Below are positions 46,131-58,108 of a stretch of DNA of 64,000 nt, piece after piece (within the stretch, counting starts at the first letter, position 1; every line of letters begins with the position of its first letter). Below the pieces are notes generated by a model that saw nothing but the letters and a program-made list of their open reading frames with translations, did not search any database and was not told where the DNA came from. The position numbers and the translations under genes are program-made. Origin of the DNA: Macrostomum lignano (lineage: Eukaryota); NCBI GenBank assembly GCA_002269645.1, contig NIVC01000283.1, forward strand, positions 124,001 through 188,000, in the 5' to 3' direction.

Positions 46131-47150
46131 CTACGGCACAGTGCTGAAGAAGTCTCTCATCTGCTGCTTAGTCAGCGAGGCGTTGGCGATGGCCACAGCC
46201 CGCACCACTCCCTGCAGGAAGGCGCCGCCCTCAGCGAACCGGCGGCCAACGGACACGATGTAGCACGGGAACGAAGTCCTGGGTTTCAATTCGCTTGAAG
46301 CAGTGCTGATAAATTCCCCGTTCAGGTAGAAGGCATGGAACGACTGGCTTGATCCGATGGAGACTCCGATGTCAATCATTGTGCTCGCGTTGGCAGAAAT
46401 TGCGTTCAAATTAGAGAGCATCGTAAAATGCCGGTTAACAGTGGTGCTAATGGTGCTGAAGTACATCCTTCCAATCGCATCGAACTCCCACAGGTGAGGT
46501 CCGAATGCAGAAAAATCCGAGCAGGGCAGAGCCTCCATGAAGGGCTGAAGCCTCGGCTGCCTCTTGAGCCTCATTAGCCAAGTGAAGCTGGCCGACGGGT
46601 CGCTCGAGACGAAGCGACTGTCGTTGAGCAGCGCGTACGACGATGTCCCGTCGAAGCGGGCGCCCTCCTCAGTCCACTGCAGGTTCGCGCTCTCCAGTCG
46701 GTGGCTGCCGCCGCCGCTGTCGCTCTGGCACACCAGGTTGCTGAACCGGCTGCTCCCACCTGCCAACCACACGCCCATCAGCTGAGCGTCGAGCGAGGCG
46801 TCGCAGCTCGCCAACGACAACGCGCGATACACCGAGCACTGCGACTGCTGCACTGCAGCTCCAGCTCCGATCGCGACGGCACCGCTTGCCTGCATCGTGC
46901 GACACACCTGCTGGTAGTGGAAGAGCGAGCACACACCTGTCTGCTTGTTCCACTCAAGCACCAGGTCGTCAGGCTCGCTGCTCGCTTTCAACACGCAGGC
47001 TTGCAGGTTTTGCGAGCTCCATCGAGTCAGCGCCGAGGTCTCGTTGAGGCAGTGCGGCATCCGGTACTGGCACCAGCGTCTGCTGCAGCCTGCAGCGAAA
47101 ACCACAGCAGAAGTCCAGGCAAACAGACTTACTGGCAGTGCAGCAACCAT
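46131..47150 (-). CDS. Secreted PAN-like + LamG-like protein, copy D (inverted), 339 aa
   Basis: B-like signal peptide and 5' flank, shared core, A/C-like C-terminus. Confidence 0.85.
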   Translation of the reverse strand: MVAALPVSLFAWTSAVVFAAGCSRRWCQYRMPHCLNETSALTRWSSQNLQACVLKASSEPDDLVLEWNKQTGVCSLFHYQQVCRTMQASGAVAIGAGAAVQQSQCSVYRALSLASCDASLDAQLMGVWLAGGSSRFSNLVCQSDSGGGSHRLESANLQWTEEGARFDGTSSYALLNDSRFVSSDPSASFTWLMRLKRQPRLQPFMEALPCSDFSAFGPHLWEFDAIGRMYFSTISTTVNRHFTMLSNLNAISANASTMIDIGVSIGSSQSFHAFYLNGEFISTASSELKPRTSFPCYIVSVGRRFAEGGAFLQGVVRAVAIANASLTKQQMRDFFSTVP

Positions 47151-49064
47151 TTTTCCATTTACTGTGTATTAGAGAAAATATGAGCGTATTGGCTTCAATA
47201 CTCAAAGCTATCAGTATTGAGAGAGTTTTGGGGGCTTTCTTCCATATTTTACCCCTGTCGTTAATGGGCTGGACCATTAGCGGTCTGTTTGCAGATGCTG
47301 CGGATTGGCTTTCCGTGTTCTGGGATGCAGGAGATGCTGCCCACTGTTGGAAAATCATCTGCAATTTTTTTTATTTTCTTTCGGATTGTAAGTTTCTCGG
47401 AACTCACTGCAGCTTTTAGATTTCACTATTTGCTTAATGTTGCTGCTTAGGGCGTTTGCTCAACAGAGATCCTACAAACTGCTCCGATGTGTACTCAGTT
47501 TAGGCAGGACTGGTATTTGCTTCTGCAGTGCGCAGGAGCAAATAGGATTATTTTATCGGAGCAGCAGCAGCAGCATTCTATCAGCATTACGGCTCTAGTT
47601 TAACCACAATGGACCAGTAGACAACACGTAGCATGCGTTTTTTATGCATGCAGTTTCCGAACTGTGTTCAGTGCATCAGAGACACGGAAACAAAACTATC
47701 GAATTGGGGTTGGCGACCTTTGACTTTGAATGAATGGGTCCACTTCCGATATGCTAGAAGAGTTGAAGGATTGGTAAGGCACGGATACTAGAAGTCTGAA
47801 AGCCCTGCTGCAATCACCAGGAGGGGCCATCCTCACTCGTCAAATAAGTTATGGCTTCTCGTGAAACAAAATCTCGAACTTCAAATAAAATAGGCTGCCC
47901 TTCAACTAAAAAATGCAGCCTCCTAAAATGGAGTGGCGCCTACTTTTCAATACCGTCCCACCTCTAAATAATAATCTTGGCGACGTCCCTGGAAAACTCA
48001 CGGCCCCTGAACTGGCGAGAGGTGTCGTGTGCTCTGTAGGAGCTCAGAAGTGGCTCCAGGTTGCCGCAGAGGGAGGGACCACACAAGACCTCAAAAGCAC
48101 TGACCCAAAGACCTTAAGAAATCAAAGTAGGACAACTGGCTTATGATGTTCACCTGACAAGTATCTCACTGTACTGTAGATACTACAACTCGAGAATGAA
48201 TTATTGAATTATTGCAAAGCGGGATCGGGATCCCGATGGTCAATCCCGGGATTTAGGCCTAATCAAAATCTTGGGATCCCGGGATTTTATTCCCCAATAC
48301 TATACTAGCTGTCATCAATTAAAAATGAAAGACTTTGAAGGGAGGGTAGATTTATTCAGTTTTATCTTTGGTTTATAACAATTTATTCCTTTAAAATCGA
48401 ACTTGCTAAAACTTTTAATCAATTTTGCATTCACTACTTCGCCACAAGTTTTGTATTCACAGTAATGTTGTACCTTCTATTCTAATCGTTTTGTGCACCT
48501 ATTGGAATTCGCTGTCTAATTTAAATTATTCTTACTTTTATCGAATTCAAAGTTCAGCGCATCATTTTGGGGTCTGTGTCGTGACTTTCTTAGTCATTTC
48601 TTCAGTTCATTTGCACTTTTGTCTCCGTATCTCTGTTTTCTCTCCCTCTCTGTCTAGCTCAGTCTTGTTATTCTTATCTCTCCCCCTCGCTACCTCTGAT
48701 TGGCTCTTCAATCTCGCCTATTTTCTCAGTCGCGCAGTCCACCCCCCCTACTTTGATCTGCGCTGCAGTAAACCCAGGCCCCTAATTGCTTAACCAAATA
48801 AAATGCCCACCCGTTTGGGCTCTGCGCACCAAATTTAGAATGTAGACCAGATGGTTCCTTTTATTTTTCTCTACATCACTTTTTTGTATTTTTTCCTGTC
48901 ACTTCGTCAATGCGACGAGTTGACGACGTAACGCGCTTTTAGAGTTTTGTATAGTCCGCAGAATTACATTTAAATTTTTGTTGTGAATAGATAGCTTAGC
49001 TATAGTTGAGAGTACTATTGTCGTTTTTTATTTCTCCAAATCACACATTGCAAGTTTGCGGCAT

Positions 49065-50028
49065 TTGGGTGTAAGGGCTCAGTTTGGGTGTGTCAGGGCT
49101 CAGTTTGGGTGTCAGGGCTCAGTTTGAGTGTCAGGGCTCAGTTTGAGTGTCAGGGCTCAGTTTGGGTGTCAGGGCTCAGTTTAGGTGTCAGGGCTCAGTT
49201 TAGGTGTCAGGGCTCAGTTTGAGTGTCAGGGCTCAGTTTGAGTGTCAGGGCGCAGTTTGGGTGTCAGGGCTCAGTTTGAGTGTCAGGGCTCAGTTTGAGT
49301 GTCAGGGCTCAGTTTGGGTGTCAGGGCTCAGTTTAGGTGTCAGGGCTCAGTTTGGGTGTCAGGGCTCAGTTTAGGTGTCAGGGCTCAGTTTGGGTGTCAG
49401 GGCTCAGTTTGGGTGTAAGGGCTCAGTTTGGGTGTCAGGGCGCAGTTTGGGTGTCAGGGCGCAGTTTGGGTGTCAGGGCTCAGTTTGGGTGTCAGGGCGC
49501 AGTTTGGGTGTCAGGGCGCAGTTTGGGTGTCAGGGCGCAGTTTGGGTGTCAGGGCTCAGTTTGGGTGTCAGGGCTCAGTTTGGGTGTCAGGGCGCAGTTT
49601 GGGTGTCAGGGCTCAGTTTGGGTGTCAGGGCGCAGTTTGGGTGTCAGGGCTCAGTTTGGGTGTCAGGGCGCAGTTTGGGTGTCAGGGCTCAGTTTGGGTG
49701 TCAGGGCTCAGTTTGGGTGTCAGGGCTCAGTTTGGGTGTCAGGGCTCAGTTTGGGTGTCAGGGCTCAGTTTGGGTGTCAGGGCTCAGTTTGGGTGTCAGG
49801 GCTCAGTTTGGGTGTCAGGGCTCAGTTTGGGTGTCAGGGCGCAGTTTGGGTGTCAGGGCTCAGTTTGGGTGTAAGGGCTCAGTTTGGGTGTCAGGGCTCA
49901 GTTTGGGTGTCAGGGCGCAGTTTTGGTGTCAGGGCTCAGTTTGGGTGTCAGGGCTCAGTTTGGGTGTCAGGGCTCAGTTTGGGTGTCAGGGCTCAGTTTG
50001 AGTGTCAGGGCTCAGTTTAGGTGTCAGG
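49065..50028. repeat. 19-bp minisatellite (GGGTGTCAGGGCTCAGTTT)
   Basis: Period is 19 (49101, 49120). Confidence 0.95.
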
Positions 50029-50394
50029 TTTTGAGGTAGTTTGAATTGAAAAAACCCAGTAACCCAAAAGGCATGCAGTTTGGATTGTGCAGCTTACAAG
50101 AATAATTGAATTCAAGTTTAAAATTTGTTAGTTGCTCGTTAGATAACTGACCTCTACTCATATTTCCTAACTTTTTCAAGTGACGGATCAAATTTAACAC
50201 TGCTAGAAGTCACCCAGAGTAAACAAAGAAAACCAGTGTTGTGCTTCAAACTGCCGGGATCAAATTTAAAACTAGCAGACACTGAAGGTCGCAGCACCTG
50301 GTCAGTTTTCGCAAAGATTTGCATTTTTGCATTGCAATACGAAACAGAGAAAAATTAGCGCAAAAAGTTCGATAGCTACTACTGAACATTTGAT

Positions 50395-50998
50395 CAGGGG
50401 CGTCGACACCGGGAGGGGGGACAGGGGATATGTGTCCCCCCCAGTAAAAGCCACCCCACCTTGTGACCCGATGTGAAAATCAATAATTTTGTTTCAGGAC
50501 ACCAAACTGAGTTTTTGCGGCGCCAAAATGAGAGCCTGTCTCTTGCGCCAAAATGAGTTCTTGCGGCGCCAAAATGAGAGCCTGTCTCATGCGCCAAAAT
50601 GAGTTCCTGTGGCGCCAAAATGAGTGCCTGCGGCGCCAAAATGAGTGCCTGTGGCGCCAAAATGAGTGCCTGCGGCGCCAAAATGAGTGCCTGCGGCGCC
50701 AAAATGAGAGCCTGTCTCTTGCGACAAAATGAGTGCCTGCGGCGCCAAAATGAGAGCCTGTCTCTTGCGCCAAAATGAGAGCCTGTCTCTTGCGCCAAAA
50801 TGAGTGCCTGCGGCGCCAAAATGAGAGCCTGTCTCTTGCGACAAAATGAGTTCCTGCGGCGCCAAAATGAGTGCCTGCGGCGCCAGAATGAGTGCTGAAA
50901 ACACCTATTCAGAAAATAATGAATCTCTAGGAATTCATTCATGTACATGTGAAATTCTTGGATTTGTCCCCCTACAATAAAATCCTTGCCGATGCCCC
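50395..50998. mobile_element. MITE-like element with short TIRs and an internal GCGCCAAAATGAG repeat (50500-50895)
   Basis: Left end CAGGGGCGTCGACA; right end TGCCGATGCCCC (reverse complement GGGGCATCGGCA). TSD not identifiable. Confidence 0.45.
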
Positions 50999-51315
50999 CC
51001 CCCCCGCATTCTCTAATTGAGTTTTAATGGAACAGAACAGCTTGATAAACTCAGTGAGAGAGCCTTGGACAAAACTCGGACTTTGCATCATTCGTGCACT
51101 GGCGGGTGTACGAGCTACGCAGCCAACTCCAGCTCACTGTGAGAGGAAAGGTTTCGACAGTCTAAAAATAGAACATGAAAAAACTGTTCTTGCCATATCA
51201 GCTCATGAGCTGAAACCAGTGTAGCTTACTGTCGCTGAGTATATAAGCATTTTTAGTGAGCACTTGGCCTTGTCAATTTCTCGCAAAAATAATCAACTGT
51301 CACCGCTCTGAGACA

Positions 51316-54300
51316 ATGATGATCTCAGCTCTTGTCTACACTGGCGAAGGCGCTGACGCTGAGGCTCGCGAGGACCTCCAGTCATTCCTGACCGACTACT
51401 TTGCCAATCGACGTCGGGAGTGTCGAATCGAGACCACAGCCGACGCCGCCGAATTCCAGGACTTGACGACGCTGGGCCGGTTTCAGCTGTTCGCCTTTCC
51501 CGGCGGCTTCGACCTCGGCTTCGTGCGCCTCCTCGGAGCCGCCGGCATGGCTAACTTGGCCCGCCGCGTGAGGTCTGGCAGCTGCGGCTACCTCGGCATG
51601 TGCGCCGGCGCCTACTTCGCCTGTCGGGAGATCGAATTCGCCAAAGGCGATCCCGAACTGGAGGTCCTAGGCTCGCGGCTCGGTCTGTACAGGGGCCTAG
51701 CGGTGGGCCCGGTGTTCCCCGGTTTCGACTACAAGTCGCTGGCCGGAGCGCGAGTTGTTGAGAATGCCACCGTATTCGAGGGTGACAATAAAGTGCACGT
51801 GTACTTTAACGGAGGACCCAAGTTCGTGCCCGACAATCAGGACCCCGCTGCTGCTGCTGCCGACAGCGCCGAGGTGCTGGCGAGGTACACGGAGGAGGAA
51901 GCGGCTGGTCAACCTGCGGTTGTGCTGGCGAAGTGCGGCCTTGGTGAGCTCTGGCTTGTACATTTACGAATAAAGTACTCACTGTACTACTAAATGGCAT
52001 AATATTTAACCAATCTGCTTGAGTTGCATTGATTATTTGCGATAAATGATAACAGTTCGGTTCAGGCCACGGTCTACTGAGATGTAAAGAAGGGCGCCAC
52101 CTGCTTTGACCAGTTGTATCCATATGATCCCAGATCTGAAGATTCCTAGATTTATAGAATCCTAGACTAGATCTACAGAAAACTAGGTCTACAGAATCTT
52201 AGTTCTATAGAACCATAGCCTAGATCTACAGTATCCTATATAGCTCTATAGAACCATAGACTAGATCTACAATATCCTACTAGCTCTATGGAACCATAGA
52301 CTAGATCTACCGTCTACAGAATCCTACTAGCTCTATAGAACCATAGACTAGATCTACAGTCTACAGAATCCTACTAGCTCTATAGAACCATAGACTAGAT
52401 CTACAGAATCCTACTAGCTCTATAGAACCATAGACTAGATCTACAATATCCTACTAGCTCTATGGAACCATAGACTAGATCTACAGTCTACAGTATCCTA
52501 CTAGCTCTATAGAACCATAGACTAGATCTACAGTCTACAGAATCCTACTAGCTCTATAGAACCATAGACTAGATCTACAGTCTACAGTATCCTACTAGCT
52601 CTATAGAACCATAGACTAGATCTACAGAATCCTACTAGCTCTATAGAACCATAGACTAGATCTACCGTCTACAGAATCCTACTAGCTCTATAGAACCATA
52701 GACTAGATCTACCGTCTACAGAATCCTACTAGCTCTATAGAACCATAGATTAGATCTACCGTCTACAGAATCCTACTAGCTCTATAGAACCATAGACTAG
52801 ATCTACAGTATCCTACTAGTACTAGCTCTATAGAACCATAGACTAGATCTAGTCTACAGAATCCTACTAGCTCTATAGAACCATAGACTAGATCTACAGT
52901 CTACAGAATCCTACTAGCTCTATAGAACCATAGACTAGATCTACAGTCTACAGAATCCTACTAGCTCTATAGAACCATAGACTAGACCTACAGTCTACAG
53001 AATCCTACTAGCTCTATAGAACCATAGACTAGACCTACAGTCTACAGAATCCTACTAGCTCTATAGAACCATAGACTAGACCTACAGTCTACAGAATCCT
53101 ACTAGCTCTATAGAACCATAGACTAGACCTACAGTCTACAGAATCCTACTAGCTCTATAGAACCATAGACTAGATCTACAATATCCTACTAGCTCTATGG
53201 AACCATAGACTAGATCTACAGTCTACAGTATCCTACTAGCTCTATAGAACCATAGACTAGATCTACAGTCTACAGAATCCTACTAGCTCTATAGAACCAT
53301 AGACTAGATCTACAGTCTACAGTATCCTACTAGCTCTATAGAACCATAGACTAGATCTACAGAATCCTACTAGCTCTATAGAACCATAGACTAGATCTAC
53401 CGTCTACAGAATCCTACTAGCTCTATAGAACCATAGACTAGATCTACCGTCTACAGAATCCTACTAGCTCTATAGAACCATAGATTAGATCTACCGTCTA
53501 CAGAATCCTACTAGCTCTATAGAACCATAGACTAGATCTACAGTATCCTACTAGCTCTATAGAACCATAGACTAGATCTAGTCTACAGAATCCTACTAGC
53601 TCTATAGAACCATAGACTAGATCTACAGTCTACAGAATCCTACTAGCTCTATAGAACCATAGACTAGATCTACAGTCTACAGAATCGTACTAGCTCTATA
53701 GAACCATAGACTAGACCTACAGTCTACAGAATCCTACTAGCTCTATAGAACCATAGACTAGACCTACAGTCTACAGAATCCTACTAGCTCTAGAGAACCA
53801 TAGACTAGATCTACATGCAGTCTACAATATCCTACTAGCTCTAGAGACCCATAGACTAGACCTACAGTCTACAGAATCCTACTAGCTCTAGAGAACCATA
53901 GACTAGATCTACAGTCTACAATATCCTACTAGCTCTAGAGAACCATAGACTAGATCTACAGTCTACAGAATCCTACTAGCTCTAGAGAACCATAGACTAG
54001 ATCTACAGAATCCTACTAGCTCTATAGAACCATAGACTAGATCTACAGTCTACAATATCCTACTAGCTCTAGAGAACCATAGACTAGATCTACAGTCTAC
54101 AGAATCCTACTAGCTCTATAGAACCATAGACTAGACCTACAGTCTACAGAATCCTACTAGCTCTATAGAACCATAGACTAGATCTACAGTCTACAATATC
54201 CTACTAGCTCTAGAGAACCATAGACTAGACCTACAGTCTACAGTATCCTACTAGCTCTAGAGAACCATAGACTAGATCTACAGAATCCTACTAGCTCTAT

Positions 54301-55577
54301 AGAACCATAGACTAGATCTACAGTCTACAATATCTTACTAGCTCTAGAGAACCATAGACTAGATCTACAGTCTACAGAATCCTACTAGCTCTAGAGAACC
54401 ATAGACTAGATCTACAGAATCCTACTAGCTCTATAGAACCATAGACTAGATCTACAGTCTACAATATCCTACTAGCTCTAGAGAACCATAGACTAGATCT
54501 ACAGAATCCTACTAGCTCTATAGAACCATAGACTAGATCTACAGTCTACAATATCCTACTAGCTCTATAGAACCATAGACTAGATCTACAGTCTACAATA
54601 TCCTACTAGCTCTAGAGAACCATAGACTAAATCTACAGTCTACAGAATCCTACTAGCTCTATAGAACCATAGACTAGATCTACAGTCTACAATATCCTAC
54701 TAGCTCTAGAGAACCATAGACTAGATCTACAGTCTACAGAATCCTACTAGCTCTATAGAACCATAGACTAGATCTACAGTCTACAGAAACCTACTAGCTC
54801 TAGAGAACCATAGACTAGATCTACAGTCTACAGAAACCTACTAGCTCTTTAGAACCATAGACTAGATCTACAGTCTACAGAAACCTACTAGCTCTATAGA
54901 ACCATAGACTAGATCTACAGTCTACAGTATCCTACTAGCTCTATAGAACCATAGACTAGATCTACAGAATCCTACTAGCTCTATAGAACCATAGACTAGA
55001 TCTACAGTCTACAGAATCCTACTAGCTCTATAGAACCATAGACTAGATCTACAGTCTACAGTATCCTACTAGCTCTATAGAACCATAGACTAGATCTACA
55101 GAATCCTACTAGCTCTATAGAACCATAGACTAGATCTACAGTCTACAGAATCCTACTAGCTCTAGAGAACCATAGACTGGACCTACAGAATTCTACACTT
55201 AGAGCTAAAGCAAACTAGATCTTGAGAATGGGCTCAATACTCTATGCCAGTGTGTCAGCAAGATGTCATGTACGGTACGAGATCTTCGCGAGCTCATGAT
55301 TCGAAAATTCTCAGAATCAGTCACCGTACATGTCAAGAGGCAGTGCGTGCTGATGCAGATCCCTCTAGCACACTCAGCAACCATCCCCAATGCTTCAGGC
55401 GGCGCCCTGCTATTCGGCTGTCACCCCGAGATGGACAAAAAGCAGCTGGAGTCCAGCTCGGATCCCAGGCTGAGAGAAATTTTTACTCAGCTGAGCAGAG
55501 GTGCCGAGGACAGGCGTCAGGCCACCTACAGGATGCTGGACGAGCTGATGAAGATTGTTGATGCGGCTGGGCATTGA
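51316..55577 (+). CDS. Stand-alone BPL_N (biotin-protein-ligase N-terminal, class I GAT-like) protein. Exons 51316-51943 and 55399-55577, ~268 aa
   Basis: Motifs LVYTGEG, FPGGFD, YLGMCAGAY, VYFNGGP and VLARY. The donor GTGAGC at 51944 joins the acceptor cttcAG at 55397-55398 in phase 1, giving GLGGALLFGCHPE and then a stop at 55577. Confidence 0.85.
52150..55190. repeat. 47/40-bp minisatellite (CTAGCTCTATAGAACCATAGACTAGATCTACAGTCTACAGAATCCTA) filling the BPL_N intron
   Basis: Tandem units with or without a 7-bp AGTCTAC segment. Confidence 0.95.
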
Positions 55578-55709
55578 TTGAATTGAAATTAGCAGATGCA
55601 CGTTTGTGAATTGAGGTTGATAAATGACAAATTTTCGATCTGTTGTATGAGCAACCGATTGCATTAAATAAACTGATTGAATAAAAGCACTACAAAGTGG
55701 ACACTTGGT

Positions 55710-56720
55710 TGAATGACAATGGATATAGGTGAATGACAATGGATATAGGTGATTGATAATGTATATAGGTGAATGACAATGGATATAGGTGAATGACATG
55801 GATATAGGTGAATGACAATGGATATAGGTGAATGACATGGATATAGGTGAATGACAATGGATATAGGTGAATGACAATGGATATAGGTGAATGACAATGG
55901 ATACAGGTGAATGACAATGGATATAGGTGAATGACAATGGATATAGGTGAATGACAATGGATATAGGTGAATGACAATGGATATAGGTGAATGACAATGG
56001 ATATAGGTGATTGACAATGGATATAGGTGAATGACAATGGATATAGGTGATTGACAATGGATATAGGTGAATGACAATGGATATAGGTGAATGACAATGG
56101 ATATAGGTGAATGACAATGGATATAGGTGAATGACAATGGATATAGGTGAATGACAATGGATATAGGTGAATGACAATGGATATAGGTGAATGACAATGG
56201 ATACAGGTGAATGACAATGGATATAGGTGAATGACAATGGATATAGGAGAATGACAATGGATATAGGTGAATGACAATAGATATAGGTGAATGACAATGG
56301 ATATAGGTGATTGATAATGTATATAGGTGAATGACAATGGATATAGGTGAATGACAATGGATATAGGTGAATGACAATGGATACAGGTGAATGAAAATGG
56401 ATATAAGTGAATGACAATGGATATAGGTGAATGACAATGGATATAGGTGAATGACAATGAATATAGGTGAATGACAATGGATATAGGTGAATGACAATGG
56501 ATATAGGTGAATGACAATGGATATAAGTGAATGACAATGGATATAAGTGAATGACAATGGATATAAGTGAATGACAATGGATATAAGTGAATGACAATGG
56601 ATATAAGTGAATGACAATGGATATAGGTGAATGACAATGGATATAGGTGAATGACAATGGATATAAGTGAATGACAATGGATATAGGTGAATGACAATGG
56701 ATATAGGTGAATGACAATGG
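55710..56720. repeat. 20-bp minisatellite (GAATGACAATGGATATAGGT)
   Basis: About 50 tandem units. Confidence 0.96.
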
Positions 56721-57589
56721 ATTTAAAAGATTAAAAACGATGAGAAAAATGACTCCAACTACAGATTATGAATTCAATGAGTAACCTGTGAAAATGCAGT
56801 CTCAGAGCTGATTGCTCGCAGATGAACTACAGTCAATACGTACAATGCAATAAAAATGAAGGTAATTAAGACCAGGACAAAACTGACCAGTTTCTAAGAA
56901 ACACACCAGACTCTTTAGAAAGAGCTTGAGATCTATAATATAAACAGTAAATAGTCAACTTTTGTAACTATTTATATTTATTATAAAAAAGGGCAAGTCA
57001 CGATCGAAGCGATTGGGAAGAAGACAGATCTGAATAGAGACAGCTGCATGTAGAACAAAATAAAATTATACAAATATATAAAAACGGAATGAGACTTCGT
57101 TTTAAACGAAAAAACGACTCTTGATAAAAACTGTTTTTTTGGCAAACTTGTCTTTCTAATTTTAAAGTTAGCAAGTTGAGCACAAGGCTAAATACCAGTA
57201 ATTATCAAAAAAACGGTTGAAATTTGGATGCCAAAGTAAGTCATAAATAAAAAGTTTACACAAATAAAATTTGTTACGTAAAACTGTAACTTTGAACTTT
57301 TCTATGAATAAAACTACGCTTATAAAAGACACCTTATCCTGCTGCTATTTACAAAAGTTGGTACAAATATTAAATGCAAGTTTTTTATGATTATTTTTTC
57401 CATATAAAGTTCAAGTACAGCATGTACTTTCAGGAGTCGCCACATGCTTTACTCAGTCAGAATGATGGTCGAATTCCGAATGAACATCTGCTCAGGACTC
57501 AGACGCTGGTCTCTTCGGGAAACCTGCGGTTCAGAGGATTTGATTCCAAATTTCAACTGACTCGCTATTAAATCCAGGTATTGAAGGGG

Positions 57590-58098
57590 GCGGGAGACAC
57601 GGGAGGGGGGAGAGAGGGAGACACGGGAGGGGAGAGAGGGAGACACGGTAGGGGAGAGAGGGAGACACGGTAGGGGAGAGAGGGAGACACGGGAGGGGGA
57701 GAGAGGGAGACACGGGAGGGGAGAGAGGGAGACACGGGAGGGGAGAGAGGGAGACACGGGAGGGGGAGAGAGGGAGACACGGGAGGGGAGAGAGGGAGAC
57801 ACGGGAGGGGAGAGAGGGAGACACGGGAGGGGAGAGAGGGAGACACGGGAGGGGAGAGAGGGAGACACGGGAGGGGGAGAGAGGGAGACACGGGAGGGGA
57901 GAGAGGGAGACACGGGAGGGGGGAGAGAGGGAGACACGGGAGGGGGAGAGAGGGAGACACGGGAGGGGGAGAGAGGAGACACGGGAGGGGGGGAGAGAGG
58001 GAGACACGGGAGGGGGAGAGAGGGAGACAAGGGAGTCGGGAGAGAGGGAGACACGGGAGGGGGAGAGAGGGAGACACGGGAGGGGAGAGAGGGAGACA
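57590..58098. repeat. Purine-rich ~22-bp minisatellite (GGGAGACACGGGAGGGGAGAGA)
   Basis: Tandem units that vary in G-run length. Confidence 0.93.
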
Positions 58099-58108
58099 CG
58101 CGAGGCGC

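Noticed and set aside
36033-47183. Antisense and alternative-frame ORFs overlapping the four lectin-like genes
   Set aside because: Shadow ORFs of GC-rich coding sequence. They recur only because the core is duplicated.
48222-48295. Clustered GGGATCCCG palindromes
   Set aside because: Too short, and no paired terminus was found to support an element call.
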